Shown one piece after another: positions 8,988-15,794 of a stretch of DNA of 15,794 nucleotides (its first letter is position 1; each line of letters begins with the position of its first letter). Both the position numbers and the translations under genes were made by a program. Origin of the DNA: Bdellovibrio sp. (GTDB taxonomy: Bacteria; Bdellovibrionota; Bdellovibrionia; Bdellovibrionales; Bdellovibrionaceae); NCBI GenBank assembly GCA_046318155.1, contig JBKCUU010000025.1, forward strand, positions 1-15,794, read 5' to 3'. The notes under the pieces were generated by a model. The model was not told where the DNA came from and searched no databases. It worked only from the letters and a program-made list of their open reading frames with translations.

Positions 8988-9467
8988 TTATTTGCCGATG
9001 CGGCGAGAGCTCGAATAAACAAAGGGAGCTGGCATCTCGGGAAGAGAGAACTCCATTCTTTCGTAAATGGTGAGTGAGGATCCATCGTCCCGTTGCGACA
9101 ATTCATATTTCACACTCAAGATCAAAAAATGCAGGTAAGGAGTTAAACTTTTAACGTGGGCATTTAGCGCAGAAACGACACGGTTATTTTCACCCCAATC
9201 CGCAGGGTCCGCACAATCGTTGATGAATTCTTTCGTGCCATCAAGAATAGGCAGAAATTCCATCGGATTTTGAGTTTCGACGTGAGCGTAACTGAACGAG
9301 AGCCCGCTGTTGCCGCAAGAGCCGCCATGTTCATTAGCCATAAAAAATGGTGTTGGGGTCGGAAAGGCCATCCTCAACGGAATGGTCTTAGATACCAAGA
9401 TTTTGGTTTCAGGTCCGGCCACCGCGAACATTGGCGCCATCAACGCCAATAAAATTAAACTTTTCAT
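8988..9467 (-). CDS. Secreted hypothetical protein (2 Cys)
   Basis: AAGGAG RBS. Signal peptide MKSLILLALMAPMFAVA. No recognisable domain. Confidence 0.75.
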   Translation of the reverse strand: MKSLILLALMAPMFAVAGPETKILVSKTIPLRMAFPTPTPFFMANEHGGSCGNSGLSFSYAHVETQNPMEFLPILDGTKEFINDCADPADWGENNRVVSALNAHVKSLTPYLHFLILSVKYELSQRDDGSSLTIYERMEFSLPEMPAPFVYSSSRRIGK

Positions 9468-9537
9468 CTCTATTCTCCTTAAAAGAGAATTAGCCGGAAA
9501 CGCAGCTTAATAAAAATATATAATTTCAATGTAATCA

Positions 9538-9552
9538 ATGCTAAATAAGCAT
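9538..9552. promoter_or_regulatory. LysR-type recognition site (T-N11-A with dyad symmetry)
   Basis: ATGCT-AAATA-AGCAT, with T9539-N11-A9551. It sits just upstream of the LysR start, in an AT-rich divergent spacer. Confidence 0.7.
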
Positions 9553-9554
9553 GG

Positions 9555-10418
9555 ATGAATATGCTCCATCTACAATATTTCTATATGGTGGCCCGCGAGG
9601 GCGGCTACACCAACGCTTCGAAAGCCCTGCGGATTCAACAGCCCGCCATTAGCCGCATGGTCCGTCAACTTGAACTGTCAATTGGCTTCCCACTCTTCGA
9701 GAAAATTGGACGCAACGTACGCCTCACGGCTCGCGGAAAACAGGTTTACGAGCAAAGCAAAGTGATCTTCGCCGAAGTGGACAACCTGAAGGTGGCAGTC
9801 GGAGAGCTTAAAGAGACCGTGCGAGGCCCACTGGCCATAGGGGCGGCCGAACCTATCGCAAGCCATTTCATTCCCGCCGTCCTGCAAGGCGTGTTGGCCG
9901 ATTTCCCCGGTCTTTACCCCGTGGTCTTCTCTGGCCCGGCATCGATGCTCTTCGAAAGAATCAGTAAGGGCGAACTCGAATTCGGATTATTTTTTCATAT
10001 TCCACCGCTTCCCGAAAATCTCAAGCTCACAGTGATCAGAAAAATTCGCTTTCACTTGGTGATCAGAAGGGACCTGAGGAAAAAGGCGCCGGTGCTCGAG
10101 TCTTTTATCGGTTCGCGTGAGATCGACGACGTCTCGACGCGCTCGTTTCCGACCTTAGAGAAGTTAAAGAAATTGCATCCGAAGGCTTCGATCAAAATTT
10201 CGTCCAATAACCTGACCGCCCACCGCTCACTGGTGTTGCGCGGACTTGGCGTGGCCATATTGCCGGATTTCTTAATTAGCGAGGACTTAGCCAATGGTTC
10301 GCTGAGCGATGTCCTTCCCAAAGAGAAACTTGAGTTTGAATTGAAGTTGATTCAGCGAAATACATCGGTGCCAAATCTGAATGGGAGAACATTCCTGGAA
10401 TACTGTTCCAAGATCTAG
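9555..10418 (+). CDS. LysR-family transcriptional regulator
   Basis: HTH LQYF..VAREG.YTNASKALRIQQPAISRMVRQLE..IG.PLFEK..R..RLTARG. C-terminal substrate domain with VLRGLGVAILP. Confidence 0.95.
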   Translation: MNMLHLQYFYMVAREGGYTNASKALRIQQPAISRMVRQLELSIGFPLFEKIGRNVRLTARGKQVYEQSKVIFAEVDNLKVAVGELKETVRGPLAIGAAEPIASHFIPAVLQGVLADFPGLYPVVFSGPASMLFERISKGELEFGLFFHIPPLPENLKLTVIRKIRFHLVIRRDLRKKAPVLESFIGSREIDDVSTRSFPTLEKLKKLHPKASIKISSNNLTAHRSLVLRGLGVAILPDFLISEDLANGSLSDVLPKEKLEFELKLIQRNTSVPNLNGRTFLEYCSKI

Positions 10419-10482
10419 TCCTTCACGGCAAGCCAAGGCGCGCAGGCAGAAACTCAAATTCTAATTTTTTGCACAATTCGCT

Positions 10483-11424
10483 TTAGCTTTTTAGCTTCTC
10501 GCTGGCGGCACCGGGGCCGAGCTGACCCATCGCCATCATTTGATTGAGTGAGCGGTTCATGCCATCGGTCGAACCATCAAGCATAATCAAATTGCCCTTC
10601 CCGTGCTCGGCAAAATGCTTGATCGAATCGGTCCACATCGAGAACAAAATCACGCCCGCATCAAGACCTGCTTCACGCGCGCTTTCAGCCGCCTTACTCA
10701 TCCCGAGTGCCACCTCTTCGCGGAACAAGGCAACACCCTGACCTCGAAGCTGTGAGGCTTCTTTATCAGCTAAGGCCGCGATGCGAATCGCCGCGCCTTC
10801 AGCCTCGGCTTCTTTGGTTTTGCGGATCAACAAGGCCTGACCTTCATTTTCGGCCGCCGCACGCAAGTTCTGCGAAGCCACGATTTGTGCCATCGAACGC
10901 ATGATCTCTTCATCAAAGTTGATGTCGTTCATTTGCAAATCGATCAAGTGGTAACCCCAGCTCTCAAGCAGCTCATCGACTTGGTCTTTGACGGTTAACA
11001 CGATTTCTCGGCGGAGCATGAGGATCTCGTTTTGGCGCTTGGTCGCAACGAAGGAGCGCACATTGCCCTCGACAGTCCGAGTCAGCGTCTGCATCAAGCT
11101 CGAGGCGTTGATAAATTTAAACGCGACGTTTTTGATGGTTTCTTCACGCTGATCGAGAACGGCAAACAAGAGCATCGCCGTGAAGTTGACGTTGGCTTGA
11201 TCTGTCGTGATGGCTTGAAACTGCATTTCGATGGACTGATTTTGGATCGAAACACGGCGAAAAATCATTTCGATGTAAGGAATGCGAAAGTTAAAGCCAG
11301 GCATCATGATTCGGCGGTATTTGCCGAAAAGAGTCACAACGCCAATATAGCCTTGGGGAATCGTCACAATCGAGCCGACCACCAAAAAGCCGATCAAACC
11401 AATCAAGATAAGTGAAAAATCCAT
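10483..11424 (-). CDS. SPFH/Band 7 domain membrane protein
   Basis: N-terminal TM, GVVTLFGKY...PG, AITTDQANV, Ala/Glu coiled-coil (EAEAEG...RGQGVA). Start ATG 11424 with GGAG RBS. Confidence 0.9.
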   Translation of the reverse strand: MDFSLILIGLIGFLVVGSIVTIPQGYIGVVTLFGKYRRIMMPGFNFRIPYIEMIFRRVSIQNQSIEMQFQAITTDQANVNFTAMLLFAVLDQREETIKNVAFKFINASSLMQTLTRTVEGNVRSFVATKRQNEILMLRREIVLTVKDQVDELLESWGYHLIDLQMNDINFDEEIMRSMAQIVASQNLRAAAENEGQALLIRKTKEAEAEGAAIRIAALADKEASQLRGQGVALFREEVALGMSKAAESAREAGLDAGVILFSMWTDSIKHFAEHGKGNLIMLDGSTDGMNRSLNQMMAMGQLGPGAASEKLKS

Positions 11425-11484
11425 GCTGAACTCCAGTCTCAAATAGGCCTAAAAAGTTAAAAGCCCTCACATCCTCGTTTGGAC

Positions 11485-11511
11485 GAGAGTTGTCATTCAA
11501 CTCTTTTCTTT
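11485..11511 (+). terminator. Hairpin plus T-tract resembling an intrinsic terminator on the + strand
   Basis: AGAGTTG-TCATT-CAACTCT (11486-11504) followed by TTTCTTT. It lies between two minus-strand genes. Confidence 0.4.
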
Positions 11512-11553
11512 GAGCGACGGTGCGCGCACTGGACTAAACTGACGGAATTAAAC

Positions 11554-13815
11554 CTAAAGACCGCGAATCAAGTTCAAAGCAGACCCTGCTTTGAACCACT
11601 TCAGTTGTTCGGCATTGTAAGAGTGTTTCAGTGAAATCTCTTCTTTGGTGCCGTCCGCGTGCTCGATGATCCCTTTCACGTTTTTGCCGGGCGCAAGGCT
11701 TGAGAGCTCAACGAGACTGAGTTTATCGTCTTCACGGATTTTGTCGTAATCCTTCGGGTTGGCAAAAGTCAGCGCCAAGATGCCCTGCTTTTTAAGATTG
11801 GTTTCGTGGATACGCGCGTAGGATTTTGTAATGACGGCGGTCGCACCCAAAAAGCGCGGAGACATGGCCGCGTGTTCACGCGAGGATCCTTCGCCGTAGT
11901 TTTCGTCACCGATAATGACCCAACCTTTGCCTGCGTTTTTATACTCACGAGCAATCTTATTGAACTCTTGACCCGTCGCTCCCGTCAGCAAGTTGCGGCC
12001 TTTGCCGATTTCACTGGTGTAGGCGTTGTCGGCTCCAAAGAGCATGTTGTTCGAAATGTTATCCAAGTGACCACGGAATTTGAGCCAAGGTCCACCGGGG
12101 CTGATGTGATCGGTCGTGCACTTGCCTTTGGCTTTGGCCAAAATCAACTGGCTGGTAAAATCTTTGCCATCCCATTTGGTGAAGGGCGCAAGCAATTGCA
12201 AGCGGTCTGAGGTTGGTGAAACCGCCACTTTTGCACTGCTACCCACAGGGGCTTGGTAGCCTTCAGTGTCGGCGACAAAACCGCGCGAAGGAAGCTCAGG
12301 CGCTTCGGGAGCGGTGAGTTTGAGTTTACCTTTTGGTGTCTCAAGCTGATCGGTTGCGGGATTAAAATCCAAACGTCCTGCTAGGCCCAAAGCCATGACG
12401 ACTTCGGGTGAACCGATAAACGCCAGCGTTTCATTGTTGGCATCATTGCGTCCACGGAAGTTGCGGTTAAACGACGTCACGATCGTGTTTTTCTCGCCGG
12501 GCTTAACATCATCGCGTTTCCATTGACCGATGCAAGGGCCGCAGGCGTTGGCCAAAACGGTTGCACCAACCGAGTTCAAGACTTGCATTTGCCCGTCTCG
12601 CTCAATTGTTTTCTGAATTTGCGTTGAACCGGGAGAAACCAAAAAGGGCTGAGGCATTTTGACACCTGAATCAAAAGCTTGCTTGGCCACAAAGGCCGCT
12701 CGTCCCACGTCCTCGTAAGACGAGTTCGTGCAAGAGCCGATGAGCGCGCTCGAAAGCTTTGTAGGCCAGCCTTTTTCTTTGGCTTCTTTCGCGATGTCCG
12801 AAAGGGGACGCGCGATATCGGGCGAGTGAGGTCCCACCAGATGAGGCTCAAGGGCCGAGAGATCAATTTCATAAACTTCGTCGAAATATTTTTTGGGGTC
12901 TTTTTCAACTTCAGGATCTGCCGTCAACAGCGCTTTATTTTGATCCGCCAAAGCCGCGAGCTCGGCACGGTTCGTGGCTTTCAAGTAGGTCGCCATGCGG
13001 TCATCATACGGAAACACCGAGCAAGTGGCACCAAGTTCTGCGCCCATGTTTGTGATCGTCGCCTTCCCGGTGCATGAAATCGAACGCGTGCCTTCACCAA
13101 AGTACTCGACGATTTTATCTGTTCCACCTTTAACCGTGAGCATTCCGCACAGCTTCAGGATCACGTCTTTGGCCGATGTCCAGCCGTTCAGTTTTCCTTT
13201 GAGGTGAACCCCGATGAGTTTGGGATTTTTAACTTCCCAAGCCAGACCCGCCATCACGTCTGAGGCATCTGAACCACCAACGCCGACCGCACACATTCCC
13301 AAACCACCGGCATTCGGCGTGTGTGAATCGGTTCCGATCATCAAACCACCTGGGAACGCGTAGTTCTCAAGGATCACTTGGTGAATAATCCCCGCACCAG
13401 GGTTCCAAAAACCGATGTTGTAGCGAGACGACGCGGTCGCCAAGAAATCAAAAACTTCTTGGTTGGTTTTATTTGAGGCTGCCATGTCTTCGGCTTTGCC
13501 TTTGTAAGCTTGAATCAAGTGATCGCAGTGAACGGTTGAAGGAACCGCGGCTTCGTCTTTACCCGCGAGCATGAATTGCAAAAGCGCCATCTGCGCGGTC
13601 GCATCTTGCATCGCCACACGGTCAGGTTGCAAAAGCAAAAATGATTTTCCGCGCTCGATCTCTTGGTTCTGTGGATCTTCGAGATGCCCGTAAAGAATTT
13701 TTTCAGCCAAGGTCAGAGGGCGGTTGAGACGTTTGCGAATCACCTCTAAGCGCTGAGCCGTTTTTTTATAGGTGCCTTGGGCCAATTCGGGGGTGGTCTC
13801 GATTTTTGAAGCCAT
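11554..13815 (-). CDS. acnA: Aconitate hydratase, mitochondrial-like type (~753 aa)
   Basis: [37 protein letters not shown], Fe-S ligands IGSCTNSS and [26 protein letters not shown]. Start reassigned to ATG 13815 (GGAGAG RBS). Confidence 0.96.
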   Translation of the reverse strand: MASKIETTPELAQGTYKKTAQRLEVIRKRLNRPLTLAEKILYGHLEDPQNQEIERGKSFLLLQPDRVAMQDATAQMALLQFMLAGKDEAAVPSTVHCDHLIQAYKGKAEDMAASNKTNQEVFDFLATASSRYNIGFWNPGAGIIHQVILENYAFPGGLMIGTDSHTPNAGGLGMCAVGVGGSDASDVMAGLAWEVKNPKLIGVHLKGKLNGWTSAKDVILKLCGMLTVKGGTDKIVEYFGEGTRSISCTGKATITNMGAELGATCSVFPYDDRMATYLKATNRAELAALADQNKALLTADPEVEKDPKKYFDEVYEIDLSALEPHLVGPHSPDIARPLSDIAKEAKEKGWPTKLSSALIGSCTNSSYEDVGRAAFVAKQAFDSGVKMPQPFLVSPGSTQIQKTIERDGQMQVLNSVGATVLANACGPCIGQWKRDDVKPGEKNTIVTSFNRNFRGRNDANNETLAFIGSPEVVMALGLAGRLDFNPATDQLETPKGKLKLTAPEAPELPSRGFVADTEGYQAPVGSSAKVAVSPTSDRLQLLAPFTKWDGKDFTSQLILAKAKGKCTTDHISPGGPWLKFRGHLDNISNNMLFGADNAYTSEIGKGRNLLTGATGQEFNKIAREYKNAGKGWVIIGDENYGEGSSREHAAMSPRFLGATAVITKSYARIHETNLKKQGILALTFANPKDYDKIREDDKLSLVELSSLAPGKNVKGIIEHADGTKEEISLKHSYNAEQLKWFKAGSALNLIRGL

Positions 13816-14022
13816 TCTGATCTCTCCGTCCCGCCCCTTTTTTTGGAGGGCGCTGCTAAGCCCCTGAATGAGGCAAATGATCGACGCTTGGTGCGGTTGA
13901 TTTTGCTGATTTTTTCCCGTTCTCAAGCTTAAGCCTCTGGGTCTCTTGCCGCAATGGTCAATGCAGGGTGTCCTCAACTGGTTATCATTCAATACATGCA
14001 TGACATAATGGATATTCCGCAT

Positions 14023-14051
14023 TTCATAAGTGCGTTTGATAGGCCTAGGAT
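14023..14051 (+). promoter_or_regulatory. Candidate sigma-70 promoter giving a leaderless or near-leaderless mRNA
   Basis: TTCATA-17 nt-TAGGAT, with the -10 ending 7 nt before ATG 14059. The AGGA in it could instead be an RBS. Confidence 0.35.
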
Positions 14052-14058
14052 GCTTCCA

Positions 14059-14613
14059 ATGCGAAAGTTTCTTTTGATTTCTATTCTATCTTTGTCAGGG
14101 CTCACCGCAGGTGCGGCGTCAGGGCTCACCGCCGGTGCGGCCACGACCAAGGACTTTACACTTGAAAAATTGATTCTCGAGGCACAGAAAACTTGCCCCA
14201 AGCTCAACTGCCCTGAACGAGCGCTACGCGTCGTTCAAATGTCAACGGCAGAACACCGCGCGCTCGGCACGGTGAAACGCGCCCAACTCAAAGAACTCGG
14301 CGTTCGTTTGGCCGAAGATCTTTGGGGTGATACCATTCTCGAAGGCCCCTTTGAACACGCCGGACGGTACCGCCTGGATCAAGTGCAAAAATTAATGCTG
14401 CACGATGTTTTGGTCGGCTACCGCATCACGTACTCAGATAAAGCTTGGGACCTCGACACTTGCAGCTATGACCCTTCGAACCGCCGCTCACTCGAGACCT
14501 GTGAGACCGGACGCATCACAGAATCAGCATTCGTTGATCAAGACGCCCTCAACATCTATCGCGACTATGAAGCGATGGCTGAATTCGTGTCTGACGCTGC
14601 AAAAAAACGATGA
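14059..14613 (+). CDS. Secreted hypothetical protein (4 Cys)
   Basis: Signal peptide [25 protein letters not shown] and C-x10-C pairs. Globular-looking core WGDTILEG...[11 protein letters not shown]. Confidence 0.8.
   Translation: MRKFLLISILSLSGLTAGAASGLTAGAATTKDFTLEKLILEAQKTCPKLNCPERALRVVQMSTAEHRALGTVKRAQLKELGVRLAEDLWGDTILEGPFEHAGRYRLDQVQKLMLHDVLVGYRITYSDKAWDLDTCSYDPSNRRSLETCETGRITESAFVDQDALNIYRDYEAMAEFVSDAAKKR
14094..14141 (+). repeat. Tandem 24-bp duplication (2 copies, 1 mismatch) encoding SGLTAGAA x2
   Basis: GTCAGGGCTCACCGCAGGTGCGGC / GTCAGGGCTCACCGCCGGTGCGGC. Confidence 0.95.
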
Positions 14614-14763
14614 AACACTGATTTGTTTGAGGCGACCTGTTGCCTTGTCCTTACAGGGATGGGCTTGAAAGTTCTTCAGGGCCCAGTCCAGAGTCCAGTC
14701 TAAACGTGTCCCCGATGGATGCGTCCCCTTGCGGGATGATTTGAATCCTGCCACCATTGAGGA

Positions 14764-15794
14764 ATGTTGCAGATCCTGTCTTGGCTGAGCCCTGTGGCTT
14801 TAGGCGCCGCTTTTTTGTTTTTCGATTTTTCGATGGCCTTCGCCCAAGGGTTTCCCCAAGTTCGGGTGACCGCAACTTCGCTTCGCGTGCGCAATCTTGA
14901 TGGCGTGCATGTCTGCTCGCTCCCGGCGGGGACACGGGTTCAACCCATTGGCCGCGACTCCGAATCTGAAAAAATTCAAATTCGTCCTGGCACCAGAAAC
15001 TGCCCCGAAACAGGAATTGTCGACGCTGATTATGTCGACTTCGGCGACGATGTTGACGCCGAGGTGCAGGTCATTCGCCAAGGAACAAATTTTCGCTCTC
15101 GGGCCAGTCTGGATCAACGAACCGTCGAATGTCAGTTGCCTGCAGGCTCTCGCCTCAACCTTGAATCTGACGAGCCCATCAGCAATCGAGTTTCTTTTTA
15201 CAAAGTGAGCATGGCAAATCCACCTGCTGGTTGTCCAAAAACAGGATTTGTCGCCGCCAGCTTACTTGAGCCCTCGGATCCCTTTGAACGTCTCCCCGAG
15301 TATCGACCCACAGATCCTCGCCGAAGCACCGTCGCGCAAGCTTGCACCGATTGTGATGAGCGCAGTGATGATGCAGTTACAGACGCCCGCAACATCCGCC
15401 GCGCCCTCAAAGTTGGCGACGAACAAAAGCAAATTGCAAAAGCACTGACCCGCGCCGCTCAAGGTGGCGTTGGGCATGTCGGGCGCAATCTCTGCTACCG
15501 AGCCGTGAAACGCATCATCGGGGCCGCGCGAGTCAATGGTCAGCGAATTGCGGATGTTTCAAAGCTCCAAGGTGGCAGCGCAGCGGATGCGATGTCCGAG
15601 CTTCCCCGAGCAGGCTTTACAAATATGCTTCCAGCGGGCTGTACAATACCAGGAGCCATTCTTGTTTATGAAGGCGCCGCGCACCAATTTTTAGCTTCCT
15701 ACAAAAGAGCTGGCGGTCGCCAGGCAAAGGCGTCTGTCAAAGCTCAAGCCCGCCGATTTATGCTCCAGCGATTCGGTAAGCGGTATATGGAGGG
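14764..15794 (+). CDS. Secreted protein with 2 SH3b-like repeats, CxxC and a probable CHAP/NlpC-P60-like cysteine amidase domain (partial, runs off window)
   Basis: Hand-translated open frame of 343 codons from ATG 14764 with no stop. Signal peptide ...SMAFA|QG. Repeats VRVTATSLRVR..CSLPAGTRV..CPETGIVDADYV and VQVIRQGTNFR..CQLPAGSRL..CPKTGFVAASLL. CTDC. GRNLCYRAVKRII...SAADAMSELPRAGFTN...PGAILVY. Confidence 0.8.
   Translation, partial: MLQILSWLSPVALGAAFLFFDFSMAFAQGFPQVRVTATSLRVRNLDGVHVCSLPAGTRVQPIGRDSESEKIQIRPGTRNCPETGIVDADYVDFGDDVDAEVQVIRQGTNFRSRASLDQRTVECQLPAGSRLNLESDEPISNRVSFYKVSMANPPAGCPKTGFVAASLLEPSDPFERLPEYRPTDPRRSTVAQACTDCDERSDDAVTDARNIRRALKVGDEQKQIAKALTRAAQGGVGHVGRNLCYRAVKRIIGAARVNGQRIADVSKLQGGSAADAMSELPRAGFTNMLPAGCTIPGAILVYEGAAHQFLASYKRAGGRQAKASVKAQARRFMLQRFGKRYME

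Noticed and set aside
13816..14058. Apparent overlap of the aconitase (start 14022) and hypothetical (start 13954) N-termini
   Set aside because: Artefact of longest-ORF calling. The RBS and signal peptide support starts at 13815 and 14059, leaving a divergent spacer.
14690..14730. TCCAGTCTAAAC resembling part of a c-di-GMP-I riboswitch
   Set aside because: The GGCAAAC...GAAA...GACGCAAA arm and the matching 3' strand are absent.
577..15477. Many short or antisense ORFs in the track (e.g. 2188-2718, 4988-5443, 5542-6021, 11806-12210, 14800-15117, 14897-15208)
   Set aside because: They overlap well-supported genes, including the 14764 ORF, and show no motifs. They are shadow frames.
1..15794. 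CRISPR arrays, tRNA/rRNA, IS elements, prophage or defence genes
   Set aside because: No regularly spaced repeats, cloverleaf motifs, terminal inverted repeats or recognisable mobile/defence proteins were seen.

Overview
Gene-dense chromosomal window, most likely from a Bdellovibrionota (predatory, Bdellovibrio-like) bacterium. This is inferred from a RomR-type polarity regulator, a mitochondrial-type aconitase and several Cys-paired secreted hypotheticals. Left part: a minus-strand housekeeping run (lptG-like, def, fmt, rpe) diverges from a plus-strand run (romR, nadC, birA, membrane-anchored GyrI-like protein, orphan short CpaF/TadA ATPase). Middle: a secreted App1-family phosphatase, a secreted hypothetical divergent from a LysR regulator with a clear LysR box, an SPFH protein and aconitase. 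Right end: a secreted hypothetical, then an ORF missing from the supplied track (14764 to window end). It encodes a signal peptide, two SH3b-like repeats, a CxxC and the start of a probable papain-fold (CHAP/NlpC-P60-like) peptidoglycan hydrolase domain, and is the best novelty candidate. No rRNA, tRNA, CRISPR array or mobile element was seen.
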